Shown here piece after piece: positions 25,327 to 38,041 of a stretch of 64,000 nucleotides of DNA. Made by a program: the position numbers and the translations under genes. Below the pieces are notes generated by a model. It searched no databases. It was not told the DNA's origin and was given only the letters and a program-made list of their open reading frames with translations. The DNA comes from Camelus ferus. Its lineage: Eukaryota. Numbering within the stretch: position 1 is the stretch's first letter; the number at the start of each line of letters is the position of its first letter. The DNA lies in contig NC_045697.1 of NCBI RefSeq assembly GCF_009834535.1, positions 114,826,001-114,890,000 of the forward strand, in the 5' to 3' direction.

Positions 25327-25744
25327 TGTAGGCTGACTATTGGCCAAGATGTCCAAATCCTAAAAATGGAAGAACCTGAGAATTAGTTAACTACATGGTA
25401 AAAGGAATTTGCCAGTGGATCTAGATTATCTGGGTGGGACCACCGGCATTACAAGAGGGAGGCAGGAGGATCAGAGACAGCAGTAGGGCATGTAATGGAA
25501 GCAGAAAGACAAACAGCTATGTGCTTCTGGCCAGGATCCGTAACTCTAGAAATCTCTAGAAGGTGGAAAAGGCAAGGGAACAAATTCTTCCCTCAAGCTT
25601 CCAGAAGGAACTAGCCCTGCTGACACCTGGATTTTACCCTAAAGTAACTTCTGACGTCCAAAACTGTAAGAGGATAAATTTGTATTGTTTTAAGCCACTA
25701 AGTTTGCAGAAGTTGGTTCCAACAGTATAAAGGAATTCGCATCA
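25327..25744 (+). mobile_element. MaLR LTR (MLT1C/D-like)
   Basis: TCTAGAAGGTGGAAAAGGCAAGGGAACAAATTCTTCCC...AGCCCTGCTGACACC...AACTGTAAGAGGATAAATTTGTATTGTTTTAAGCCACTAAGTTTG. Confidence 0.88.
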
Positions 25745-26171
25745 CTTACAGACCCAGAAGGCTTTCAAATCCTGCTCAGCTGGATTTCATCATTGCCACG
25801 GACCAGGAACTGCTGTGTAATTTCAGTTCTTCATTTGGCCAAATTTGTGTTGGTTTGTTTTTGTTGTCCTGTTCTGACTCTATGCTTTGATATTTGCTGG
25901 AGCAGGAGCAAATGCCTTTCAGTCTGTAGTCTCCAGACTAGAAGCAGTCAAATCTGGACCTGGGGCAAAGAACAGTGGATCACACAAGGATTCCAGACTT
26001 TTGCTAAATAAAGTAACTTGATGGACCTCAAGAAAGTGGATAGTTTTGCATTTGAGGTTTGAAAAAATTATCCCCATGGATTTCTGCATATGCAGGAGAT
26101 TGCATATAGCTGTCTCTCAAACCTATATTCTCTTTTCCAGGGCATGTAAATTCCCAGCAGGGGACTATGTA

Positions 26172-26558
26172 TTTTTTATTTTTATTTTTTATTAAAGTAT
26201 AGTTGATTTATAATGTTGTATTAATTTCTGGTGTATAGCATAGTGATTCAGTTATACATATATACATTTCTTTTCATATTCTTTCTCATTATAGGTTATT
26301 ACAAGCCATTGAATGTAGTTTCCTGGGCTATCCATTAAGACCTTGTTGTTTATCTATTTTATATACAGTAGTGTGTATTTGCTAATTCCAAACTCCTAAT
26401 TTATCCTTCCTCCCTTTTCCCCTTTGGTAACCATAAGTTTGTTTTCTGTCTGTGAGTCTCTTTGTGTTTTATAAATTAGTTCACTTGTGTCCTTTTTTTT
26501 TTTTTTTAAATCTCACATATAAGTGATATCATGGTATTTGTCTTTCTCGGTCTGACTT
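26172..26558 (-). mobile_element. Lineage-specific L1 3' end
   Basis: Poly-T, then AAGTATAGTTGATTTA...GGTAACCATAAGTTTGTTTTCT...CACATATAAGTGATATCATGGTATTTGTCTTTCTC. Confidence 0.9.
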
Positions 26559-26658
26559 TTATTCACCTGTGTTTCATTAGGCATGGGCATCTGATTAAAT
26601 TGTTGCTAATAAACATGAACAGAAAGCAAATTCTACTTGGCAGAAGGAAATCACTGCC

Positions 26659-27072
26659 TTTAATGGTTAATTCTATGTGTCAATTTGAAGGCTACTTGGG
26701 GATGAAATTAACATTTAAATTGGTGAACTTTGAGTAAGGAGTGTGTGCTCTGTAAAGTGGTTGAGCCTCGTTCAATCAGTTGAAGGCTTGAATAGAACCA
26801 AACGCTGGCCTCTCGCAAGCCAGAGAGAATTCTCCTGCAGACTACCTCAGACTTCATAACACTATTGACTCCCCTGGGCCTCCAGGGTGCCTAGCCTTCG
26901 GACTAGAACCACATCACCAACTTACCTGGGAATTGAGTGTGCTGGCCTACACTGCAGACCTGAACTTACCCACCTCCATAACTGTATGAGCCAATCCCAT
27001 ATAATAACTATCTTTCTACCTATATACAAATCTGCTTAATCTGTTTCTCCAGGGACATCCCTGACTAATACA
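26659..27072 (+). mobile_element. ERVL LTR (MLT2C/D-like)
   Basis: ATGGTTAATTCTATGTGTCAA, CAATCAGTTGAAGGCTTGAATAGAAC, end CCCTGACTAATACA. Confidence 0.9.
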
Positions 27073-28154
27073 TGGTCCTGAACCTCCTCTCTTTCCTCTG
27101 TATCCAAGCTGCAACACAGGCATTTCCAGGCTCCAGCATAGAACTTGAAGGTGAGGATGAAGTTTTTAGGTTGGAGGGAATTTGGGATAGCAGAATCGCC
27201 CTTTTAATATGCCTTGTTTCTTGCAGAGTTCTTTCAAGAGAGGGGAATAACTTTCTTCCTCTCCTCATTATTTGCATTTATAATGAAGAGTATAGCACTG
27301 CTTCCCTTTTCCCTAAATTATGTCTGCAAATAATTATTTAGGAATGGTATATGGGTGATTTTTTTTTTTTCTGAGTCTCTCAATATGTGAGTGTTTTTCT
27401 GTTGTATTTACCCAAAAGGAAAAAAAAAAAAACTGGCTGAAAATAGTCTTAGTTTACAATTTTTTCCCTTAACATTTGAATTCCATCAAATAGAGGAATC
27501 AGCTGTATATGCAACACTGTCCTGCTCAGGCTGAACTAAGTAGAAAATTCACTGGTGGCAGGGGATTTGGAACTCAGTCAGTCTTCCAAGTGAGTATAGA
27601 TTTATTGGTTCAATAATTTGCCAGTATTTATTTATATCAACAACTTTTAAAGCTAGCATGCACTCTTAGTAAATGTGAGTGGTGTTTGGACTTCCCTCCT
27701 GGGTGTCTTTACAGGTATTTGTATGAGAATTTGAGATCTATTTTAATTGGAAATCTAAACCATATGAGTAGGATCCCAAAAGATCCACAAGGCATATTTA
27801 CTCTTTCTGGGTTCTAGGGACTACTTTTTCACTAAAATGTAATGTGTTTTAAAAATATTCTCTGATAAGCAGAGTGCTTCTTAGGTGCTGAATTGCCACT
27901 CTAAAATGGTATCAAGGTTGTGAAGTTACACAAAAGAGATACAGAAAGATCTAGTAACACACCAACAGTCTCTCCACTGAATAATCTGTTATATATTACC
28001 CTAAATGCTATTTAAAAAAGCATTACATATTTTGTCAATGTGTGTGCAGAAGTAAATTTATTGTTTTATTTTGATATTTTTGTAAGATACCTCAAAGTCT
28101 ATTTAGAATAAACAAAGACAGAAATTTTATAAAAAAAGATTTTAATTGTATATA

Positions 28155-28781
28155 CGAAACCAAGCAGGACTCTTTGAGGCCTTCCCAGGGGCACACCCCC
28201 ATATCACCACCTCTTGTTTGTAGAAAAGCCTTCCCCAAGTTCTAAAGAGCAAATTTAATCAGAGAGGTGAGAAAAGGCAGAAACAAAGGAAAGCAGTCAA
28301 GCAAGAGACAAAATAATAGTTTAGCCATAAAACTGTCAAGGATCCTTAGTTCCTCCTCAAGGGCTAATTATCCTAAGGGATAATATCCTGAGCCATGTCC
28401 TTGAATTGTTTTGCAGGTACTTAAAACCCAGCAGGTGGAAGAAGTGAACTGCGTTATGACTGTAAGCACCTACCCCAGACCAGATGGAGCCTGAGGGTTG
28501 AAAGGGCTGACTTCAGTGACCTCACCTGTTAACTCACCATCAACCAATCCGAGAATGGTGCACAAATTGATCACACACCCTGCAGCCCCCTCCCTCACAC
28601 TCTTTTTTTAAAATCTTTCCCTAAAAGCCAGCAGGGAGTTTGGGTCTTTTGAGCAGGAGCTGCCTATTCTCCTTGTCTGACACCTGTAATAAATGCTGTA
28701 CTTCCCTTCGCCACAACCCGGTGTCAGTAGCTTGGCTTTGCTGTGCATCTGGTGAGTGGACTGAAGTTTGGTTCTGTAACA
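28155..28781 (+). mobile_element. ERV1-like solo LTR
   Basis: AATAAA at ~28688, ends GGTTCTGTAACA; near-TSD TATA / TATG; sharp GC contrast with the flanks. Confidence 0.88.
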
Positions 28782-30017
28782 TATGCTGACATAATGTGAA
28801 TTCTCGCTCAGGAACTGCCACATTTGCAAACAAAATATAAACTTGGTGCAAGTACTTATTTTGCAGTACAAATGTTATAATACAAACATTTGGAGACTCA
28901 GATTAAATATACATTAGATAGAGGAAATTTGCTAATAACAAAAGTTATTTTTCTTTAGTTACATGAAAGGGCATTGGTATCAACTATTCAAATATTTTCA
29001 AATATTATCAAATAATAAATATTAAAATATAAAATATTAAGAAGAACACTGTCAGCAAGATTGAACTACACTTCCAAGGCAATAATCATCTAACCATGTT
29101 ATAAAGTTTCCAGGCATTTTCATATCTCAAAGTGTTCAAAATCAAAAGCATGACTAGTATAAATATGCACAATTTTTCAAAAGAAAGCAAATTAAATTGA
29201 AAATACTGACACCACTGTTCTGCACATGCATTTAAGAATGTCAGAAACATATGACATATTTTGAATTTCTGACATATTTAGATTCTTAATCTTATTAAAC
29301 ATGGCATTATAATTTTTGAAGTAATGTATTTTAAAATCACATCCATTTTATAACAAAATATAAATAGGTAAACAACTACAATGATTTACAATTTTCCACA
29401 CAATTACCCATTAAAAATAGATTGGTTAATAAACTTATATTTGTTATTTAGATGTATTCCCAAATCACTTTGTAAGTATTATATAACATGGAATAATATT
29501 TTGTATATACAATTTTTAAGTTTTAATAAGAACCTCAAAAATACAGTATTGTAACAACTTAAAATTGCTTCTCACAAATATTACAAGAGAATTTATATGT
29601 ACAAATACCTAGCTGAGAAATCTAGAGGGAGTTAAAAAAGATAAACTCTTTGTTCACTTACTTGGACCCTCATATACTTTGGTTTGAAAAAATCATTTTA
29701 TGATAGAAAAAAATGTTGTAGTTAGTTTGGAACTATCAAGATTAAAAAAATGTAGATTTTTAAACTAAAAATATTTGAAAGATTTGTCAAGCTGTTTTGA
29801 TTGCAAATTTATCTGTCCCTTTTAGATTTCTGGTATCAGAAGTTGAATATTTTAAATATTTAATAATGGTTGGAAGGAATGTTATGCTTGGTTTTATTTA
29901 TAGTAGATATCAATCAAAATCTGGACTGAAATTTACAAGAAATAGAATTTTTTTTATTGTTGTTGCTGTCTATAGTCATCCTTTAAAGAATACTGTTTGA
30001 TAAGTTTTGAAAAAGTG

Positions 30018-30198
30018 TTGAGTTATTATATTAATTTCAGGTGTACATCACAATGATTAGATTTTTGTATATATTGTGAAATGATCACCATAGTAAGTCT
30101 AGTTGTTAAAAAAAAAATAGAAGCAGAGGAGAGATTGGTGGTTGCCAGAGTAGGGGAGAGGGGCGAGATGTGTGAAGGTGGCCACAGGTGAAAACTTC
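30018..30198 (-). mobile_element. Short L1MA-like 3' end with apparent inversion (30018-30108 antisense, 30109-30198 sense)
   Basis: TTTCAGGTGTACATCACAATGATT...GTAAGTCTAGTT followed by sense AGATTGGTGGTTGCCAGAG...GTGAAGGTGG...AAACTTC. Confidence 0.75.
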
Positions 30199-31020
30199 TG
30201 TGCTTTTCATATGTATTCTTCACACTTAATGCCCATGGCCTTGGGACCACCCCTAGAAGCATGCTATAATATTCTTCAGAAACTTGTCCTTGCAAAGTCT
30301 GCTAGTCAACAGAGGGGAAATCAAATAGCTTGTATTTAAGGATGGAGTTAAAAATGAATTTAAAGACATTTAAAATATTGATTAGGAAGACATCTTCTGT
30401 AGAGTTAAGGGAGAGAAGAGAACTGTAAGTTGAAATCCTTTTTTTTTTTTCCTGTTTTTAAGACTTCAATCAATCATCTGGGGTAGTCAGTTTCTTTGTT
30501 GCTGAGAAAAATAGAAAGAAAAGAAAGAGCTCCTGTCAGTTTTGCCCATTGACAGCAAAGACGCTCTCTAGTCCTAAGAATTTTTGGAAGACCTTGAAGA
30601 AGCTACACAAGTCAAAACTGCCTCCAGCTCTTTGCTACTCACATGAAGGGGAGGCAGATCTAACAGAGAAGGATTCTGGAAGGAGGGAGAGGGTAGAGAG
30701 GGATGTCAGATGAACACTGCTTAGCAACCTGGACCCCTGGATTCGTTTTGTGCTCTATTGTCATTTTGATGGCTGAGATCACAACTCAGGGAGTGTTCTG
30801 GAATCCCCAATTAAACATCAAATATTTGGCATCAAGGCATTCTGGTTTGCCCGAAGTTTAGTAATATTTCTGAAATTTGGCCTTGTGCTTAAAATGATCG
30901 CAGCTTTACCTAGCAAATAGGGTCATCTGCCTGTCTCTCACAGTTTTAGAATCATTTCCATTTGCTATCTTTGATCTATGTGTTTCAGACATGTATTTGG
31001 ACATAGGATATTGATTTTAT

Positions 31021-31615
31021 TTTTAGAGCAGGCAGAGAGCTAGATATGAGCAGAGAAAGGGGGCATGGGCCAAACAGCAGGAAATGATGCACTATATAAA
31101 CAATGGGGTCTGTGGGCAGACAGAATATCAGGAATCTCTGGACTGTTAAGAAATTATGCATTTTAGGGTAACAAGTGACCTGGAGGCAGACATAGAAAGG
31201 TGGGAAAAGGCAGGAATCTCTGGTCCAAATGTAACCTTTTGTTTATTATGTCCTCATTTCAATAAAATTAGCCTTGCCGATTAGAAGTACCCATCATGCA
31301 CTGACGCCATGACACTTCTGATCTGGACTAAATAGGGACAAAAATCCTTCCTCCCTTCAGGAAGGTGGAGCTGGAAAGAAAATCAGGGAAAACCACCAAA
31401 CCTTTTCCTCACTAATGAGTATTCTGCCCATTCATTTTTATACGCTATGTAACCATCTTATCAAAGAAACGCAGGGTAGCTGCTCACCTGAGTCTGCCCA
31501 CTCTCCTCTTAAGAGCACCTTATCACTTAATAAATCCTCACTTTACTTTCTTGACCTCTGTGTCTCCTTTCTGAATTCTTTCTGTTTTGAGACAAGAACC
31601 TAATCTCTGGTAACA
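31021..31615 (+). mobile_element. ERV1-like solo LTR, family C
   Basis: AATAAA at ~31529, ends CTCTGGTAACA; the 3' ~360 bp is homologous to 20250-20610. Confidence 0.88.
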
Positions 31616-32040
31616 ATACACGGAGATATTTGATAACACTGGACCCTTCAACCCTCAAGAGAAGGAAGTAGCAAGGGTGGCCAACTGGATACACAGAGTT
31701 GAGAAGTGGGCTCCCAAGTCAACATGGGGGTTGCAAAGTGAGGTTCTGTCTACCGTCCACGAGTCTCCTTTATATTGCTCCCTGATATCAGAACATATTG
31801 GGGAAAGGATCACGTGATGAAATGTGCAGACTGAAATCAGTGCAAACTGAAGACATTTTTTTTACCAAACAAAATTTATTTGCCCAGAATGTATGGTCTA
31901 CCTCTCATGAGCCTTTTTCACTACTTGCCATAATAAAGTCCCTTTATTTATTATATAGAGTTGTGCCAATGCATCTTTCTAGTTTACTTTAGGATCCTCA
32001 AAGCGACTAAAATGGTGAACAAATTAGAATGAGAAGAGCA

Positions 32041-32132
32041 GGGCATGGGGTGTAGCTCAGTGGTAGGGTGTGTGGTTAACATGCACGAGGTCCTGGGTTC
32101 AATCCTCAGGAGCTCTATTAAAAAAAAAAAAG
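32041..32132 (+). mobile_element. tRNA-derived SINE (vic-1-like), short form with poly(A)
   Basis: GGGGTGTAGCTCAGTGGTAG...CATGCACGAGGTCCTGGGTTCAATCC followed by an A run. Confidence 0.9.
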
Positions 32133-32348
32133 GAAATGAAGAAAGGAAGAAAAAAACCAGAAATGTTGTTGTTTTCATTGTTTGCTTTCTGTTAGACATT
32201 AGGTGGGAGGACAGGTATAGCTTTTAAGATGCGGGTGAAAAATATCAGAAATGGGCAGGAGAATGTTTTCCCTGGAGATAAACAGAAGAGAAAGTGATTC
32301 TGATACTGAAGGATCAATATTCCTGGGAGCAGCACTTCTGTTGTTGAC

Positions 32349-32889
32349 CAGGCATTCCCAAACGTTCTCAGTTCACAGAGCCCTTAGTGTTGCAAGATGT
32401 TTTACATGGTGCCCCAACTTCAAAAAGAAAGTCAATCAGGTGCATTTAAATCATCTCCCCAAACTTAGTATGATCATCTGAAAATCATATACACACGTTG
32501 AAATATAAATAGAATATTTTTATTTCATTCTTAAATAACCACAATTTCTCGTGACTGGATATGGACACCTTTTGTGCACTGCATAGCTTCTCGTATCTTG
32601 GAATTCGATTGGACAGCACCACCTTCAAATTCTGCTCCATGGTGATTGTCAAGCAGTCTTTGATTTTAATCACAGCACCCCGTGGAAACTTAGATTTGTG
32701 GAGACATGATGTCATGAAAAGTAATACAGTGTGAATTACATTTAACGTAAAATATCTTGAGATGTCCAATGTTGAGTAATGCTGTTAAGTGTTCCTTTGT
32801 TTCCACTGAAAATTTAAAATGCTCCACCGTGATTGGGTGGCTTTGCTGTTGGAACCTGGGCAGCTCGGCACACAGTTTGGGAACTGCAG
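32349..32889 (-). mobile_element. hAT-Charlie deletion derivative (Charlie4a-like) carrying the transposase C-terminus
   Basis: TIR-like ends CAGGCATTCCCAAAC / GTTTGGGAACTGCAG; ORF 32485-32769(-) contains FMTSCL...AVIK...EQNLKVVLSNRIPRYEKLCSAQ, resembling the hAT C-terminal dimerisation region. Confidence 0.85.
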
Positions 32890-32999
32890 TATTAAAATGT
32901 TGCCATCATCACAGCAGATAGAAACCACAATGGCAACAATGAGGTGTGTCCCTGTATTAGGTTAATGGGTAATATTTTGGATACTGGAAAAGGAAAAAC

Positions 33000-33195
33000 A
33001 ATTCTGGATCCCAGCTCAGCCATTACCACTCCATCACCTTGAGCTATTTATCTTTCTGCACCTTAGTCTCCTCCTACATAGAACAAAAATAATAAAAATC
33101 CATAGTATCTGTCTCGTAAATCTGTGATGGGTATTAAATGGAATAAAACATGCAAAGTTTCTTTTCAATGTGTGACAGGTTATTCCCACAAGAAA
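33000..33195 (+). mobile_element. MIR remnant
   Basis: ATCCCAGCTCAGCCATTAC...CTGCACCTTAGTCTCCTCC...TGTGATGGGTATTAAATGGAATAAAACATGCAAAG. Confidence 0.65.
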
Positions 33196-33501
33196 ATTTC
33201 ACTTACTTATATTATGTTTGCCTAATCTCTCTCCAGAAATGTTACATTGACAACTGTTGTCACCAGTACCTTGCCAACAATACATATGTCATATAGTTAA
33301 AATAAAGAATGTATTTTAAAATTCTGTTACTTATAATAAATTTGGTGGTATAAAATCTAGTTATTAGTTTTAACCTCATAGGAGTAAATCATATTAGTAA
33401 CTAATATTTTAAAACATTTTCTTGAATTAGATTTATTTAAAATATCTCTTAACTCATTTAATAGGCTGAATCTTCATTAGAATAATTATTATATTCTGTG
33501 A

Positions 33502-34859
33502 TTTTTTTTGAAGTACAGCCAGTTTACAATGTTGTATCAATTTCTGGTGTACAGCACCATGTTTCAGTCATACATATACACACATATATTCCTTTTCATA
33601 TTCTTTTTCATTATAGGTTATTATAAGATATTGAGTATAGTTCTCTGTGCTATACAGTATAAACTTGTTGTCTATCTATTTTATATATAGTAGTTAGTAT
33701 CTGCTAATCCCAAACTCCCAATTTGTCCCTCCATACCCTCTTCCCCCTCTGATAACCGCAAGTTTGTTTTCTATGTCTGTGAGTCTGTTTCTGTTTTGTA
33801 AATAAGTTTTTTTGTCTTTTTTTTTTTAAGATTCCACATATAAGTGGTATCATATGATATTTTTCTTTCTCTTTCTGGCTTATTTCACTTAGAATGACAT
33901 TCTCCAGGTCCATCCATGTTGCTGCTAATGGCATTATTTTATTCTTTTTATGGCTGAGTAGTATTCCATTGTGTATATGTATGTGTGCGTGTGTGTGTGT
34001 ATATATATAGCACAGTTTTTTTATCCAGTCATCTGTCAGTGGACATTTAGGCTGTTCCCATGTCCTGGCTGTTGTAAGTAGTGCTGCTATGAATATTAGG
34101 GTGGAAGTATCTTTTCCATTTAGAGTTCTCTCTGTATATAGGCCCAGAAGTGGAATTGCTGGATCATATGGTAAGGATATTTTTAATTTTTTAGGTTATA
34201 CTGATACTTTTTCCATAGTGGCTTCACCAATTTACATTCCAACCAACAGTGTAGGAGGGTTCCCTTTCCTCCATACCTTCTCCAGCTTTTATCATTTGTG
34301 GACTTTTGAATGATAGCCTTTCCAACTGAAGTGAGATGATTGATACCTCATTGTCTTGATTTGCATTTCTCTGACAATAAGCAATATTTTTTCATGTGCC
34401 TATTGACCATTTGTCTTCATTGGAGAAATGCTTGTTTGGGTCTTCTGTTCATCTTTGGAATGGGTTATTTGTTTCTTTGTTATTAACTTATATGCACTAT
34501 TTATATATTCTGGAGATTAAGTCCTTGTTAGTTGCATCATTTGCAAATTATTTTTCATTCCATAGGTTGTCTTTTTGTTTTGCTTGTGGTTTCCTTTGCT
34601 GTGCAAAAGCTTATAAGTTTAATTAGGTCCCATTAGTTTATTTTTGCTTTTATTTCTGTTGCCTGGGTAGACTGTCCTAGGAGAACATTGCCAAGATTTA
34701 CATCAGGAAATATTTTGCCTATTTTTTCTTCTAGGAGATTTATAGTGTCTTGACTTATGTTTAAGACTTCAAGCCATTTTGCATTTATTTCTGTATATGC
34801 TGTGAGGGAGTGTTCTAACTTCACTGATTTACATGCAGCTGCCCAGCTTTCCCAACACC
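33502..34859 (-). mobile_element. 5'-truncated lineage-specific L1 (1.36 kb): decayed ORF2 C-terminus plus 3' UTR
   Basis: ORFs MPLAATWMDLENVILSEISQ... and MKLEHSLTAYTEINAKW... are L1-derived; TSD TATATTCTGTGA / TATATTCTGTAA. Confidence 0.95.
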
Positions 34860-36414
34860 TATATTCTGTAAATTTTTAATCCTTCCAAAACGTTCATGGT
34901 TTGCTTTCAACACACATACACACATGTATACATATTTTGTTAGATGGCTGGGCTTCTTGTGATTTAACAGTTTATAGTCCAATTACTGTGCTAATATATC
35001 AACTTTTTAAATAAACACATTTAATGCTTTCTCTGTGCCAGACACTCTTCTAAATGCTTCACAAATATTAATTCATTTATATCTCATACCAACTCTGATA
35101 ACCATTGAACACACTTTACAGTGTTAAGCTGGTGTTAAGTAGAGTCATTGCTTTCAATAAAAGGCAAAATCTAGATCATGAAAAATATAATGGACAATTG
35201 ATTATTTTTTACACTATATGACACACTGTCTTCAATGCTCTAAGTGTATCAAATAATTTAATCTTTATAATAACAACATGAGGAAATGACAGAGATTAGT
35301 TTTGTATCCCAGGCTGCAAAACCATCTAGGGGTAAGGAGACAGTCAAGTACAACTAGAGAAAGAAAGAGGGAGAGGAAAAGTTGGAGGGAGAGGAAGGAG
35401 ATTTGAGATAGTTTATAAAAATGCTTTTAATGCCAAATATTGGAAATATAAAAACAAGTTCACATGAAATGATAACAACATAGATGATTTTGCTTTTTAA
35501 CTACTCAACTTTACAGTTGATCACTTTTCCTTAGCTGCACTTAATAAAATGTAGATGGGTTCTTGCTAAACTTTATCATGAGATTGTCCATTCTTACTTA
35601 GTTTACTCCCAGCTTTTGTTTTTGCATTAAGTCCATAATTTAATATTCTTAAGAAGCCACTGCTCTTCAGGCATAGCGATAGTTTCATTCATATTATATT
35701 ATTTATCACATTATTGATTGGTTATGTGAATTTTTACTTCCATTTTATAAATAGGAAAGATAAATCTCTGATAGGTTAATTAACTAGCACACCTGAATTT
35801 TTAATGTTTAGGTTTGTCCTGAGTCCAAACAAACTCTTTAGGATACCAGAGTGCAAACTGTATGCATGACATGATGTGTAGATAAAACTTAAATCTTTGT
35901 ATAACGTAGCTTTTGTTGGGTAGGGAGGACTCCTAAGATGTGTTGATAAATGGCCATTCAATTCTTGGCACACAGACATAATTTTGTGGTTCAGAAAAAT
36001 AGAATTAAAAGAACTTCAGAGAGGTCATCTAATGTGTCCTCCACCTTCCAAAGAGGCTCTAAACTACCTCCATATGTCACTGTCCATCATATTTCAAGAC
36101 TCAACAGGGAAAGAGCACGCACAACGTTCTTCAGATTGCTGTTTCATTTTTAACACCACTTACATTAAGAAAACATGTCTTTGTGATTATTCCAAACTTC
36201 TCCCTCTTTATCTTAAATCCCCTTTTCTTGTTTTGTTCTCAGACAATATGAAAAATAAATCTCTGAACTGTGCTTTTTCATGTGTAGGGCAACAGGTTTT
36301 TTTGTTTGTTTGTTTGCTTGTTTTGATTAGGAAATTGGCCAGTTTATTTTTCATTGCATTGCAATTCAGAATACATCATTATTTGCTTTCCTATTTGATA
36401 CAGTAGAGTATTTT

Positions 36415-36542
36415 TTTAAATAATTTTATTGTGGCATAATTTCTACACAGTAAACTACATATAAACTACATATATTTCAGATGTACAATTTGATGAATTT
36501 TGATAGACGTATACACTGAAGAAACCACCACCATAATCAAGA
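36415..36542 (-). mobile_element. Old L1 3'-end fragment, followed by sense L1ME-like remnants to ~37010
   Basis: TTTATTGTGGCATAATTTC...TGTACAATTTGATGAATTTTGA...GAAACCACCACCATAATCAAG. Confidence 0.7.
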
Positions 36543-37019
36543 AATACTTGAAAAATAAACTTATCCACATTTACACACAAAAATACAAGGATCAAAATTA
36601 GGCACTTAATGGATGGATTTTATAGCAGATTAGACAGAGATGAATGGAAATTTAACATATTAGGGGATAAAGCACACAACACTATCTAAATTGAAGCATA
36701 AATAGAAAATAAAAAAGATTTGTCTTTAAAGCAAGTCCTAAAAATATCAAAGGACTAAAAGTCACACCAAGTATTTTTTGCAGTACACATTGTAATTAGC
36801 TGAAAATATTCATACAGTTGAACACTGAGAAGTAAACTTAGAGATACAGTGCATCAGAGAAAAACCTTAATAGAAGTAGGAAAAGGTTTTTAACTGCAAT
36901 GTTATTTTTAAGGAGTTAAAAAGAGTGCAATCCACACTTAATTTTTAAGACAACAATATTTTACTATGAAAACCTAACAATGAGATTAGAAGAAAAGACA
37001 ATTATAGATTACGATATAT

Positions 37020-37242
37020 CAGAGATCAGGAAATGCTTCCATAAAGGACCATAAAGTAAACATTTTAAACTTTCCAGGCTATACGGTGTCTGTTATAACA
37101 ATCCAGATCTACTGTTATATCATGAAAGTAGCCATGGACGATAGATAAAAAGTGCAGCTATGTCGCAGTAGACTTCGTTTGTAAAAGCAGATGGTTGTGG
37201 TGGGCTGGTTTACACCCACATGCCCTACATTGATGACTCCTG
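37020..37242 (-). mobile_element. hAT-Charlie MITE (MER58A-like)
   Basis: CAGAGATCAGGAAA...GTAAACATTTTA...ATGAAAGTAGCCATGGAC...TGATGACTCCTG; ~220 bp. Confidence 0.75.
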
Positions 37243-37440
37243 AGCCTGAAGATAACAATAGCCATCGATCACTATGAGGGAGATCGTAGAAAGAGCAGTT
37301 TATTAGGAATTCAGGTTTGAACATGCTGAGTCTGAGCTGTCCATTTAACGACTTAATAGAGCTATTGAGAATGCTTTTGGGTAAAATATTATGCAAGTCA
37401 GGAGAGGGGTCTCACTGGATATATAATTGGGAGTCATTAG

Positions 37441-37517
37441 TATGGGACATTATGCTGTACGCCAGAAATTGACACCTTGTAACTAACTACACTTCAATTA
37501 AAAAAGAAAAAAAAAAG
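37441..37517 (+). mobile_element. Very short L1 3' end with poly(A)
   Basis: GGGACATTATGCTGTACGCCAGAAATTGACAC...ACTTCAATTAAAAAA. Confidence 0.85.
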
Positions 37518-38041
37518 GATAAAAAAATAGAATACAGCAATATTCAAAAAAACTTTTAAGAAGTGATACAATGCTGAGAAGTGTATGAGCAGCTATCCTG
37601 CTTCCCATTCAGTTTCCTTTCACCAAAGGAAAATAAAGAAGGAAAATGACTTGGTCAAATCTCCTTATAATTATATTAATGAGAACCTTACTAATTAATA
37701 AATAAATGGTATCTGCTAGCAGAAGACTCCTTACCTTCCGAGTGGTTTTAAAAAGATACATCTGATTTAAATTGCTTACAGTACACCTATAAGATGAATT
37801 CATAAGAGTGGCCTACGGAATATGTTATATAATGTATTTCATTATGTGAGTATAAAATAATTTAACTTCTTGATCAAAATGACCCCCTTCTTTGGAAGTG
37901 ACCTCAAGAGCACATATCACTTAGAGATCACTTGTTTTAATCTGAGCTCAGAGAAGGTCCAGGACGGAAAGAAATCACTGTGGACAGGTGCTAATGGTTG
38001 TGGACCTCTCTTTACTTCAACTGTGCCTCAACTTTTACGAG

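Noticed and set aside
28428..28441. CTCF-like CCAGCAGGTGGAAG
   Set aside because: It lacks the highly conserved C of the GGC core, making it much weaker than the 24173 site.
32045..32115. tRNA gene (A and B boxes present; also at 7640, 12450, 38100, 38420)
   Set aside because: These are multiple diverged copies with A-rich tails, several with TSDs, and poorly paired stems: SINEs, not tRNAs.
33704..34824. Functional protein-coding gene
   Set aside because: The ORFs are broken pieces of a 5'-truncated L1.
35984..36406. 140-aa ORF with a hydrophobic tail (likewise the 149-aa ORF at 38460-38909)
   Set aside because: Hydrophobicity comes from T-rich or repeat-derived composition; the second ORF overlaps L2 and SINE remnants; no homology recognised.
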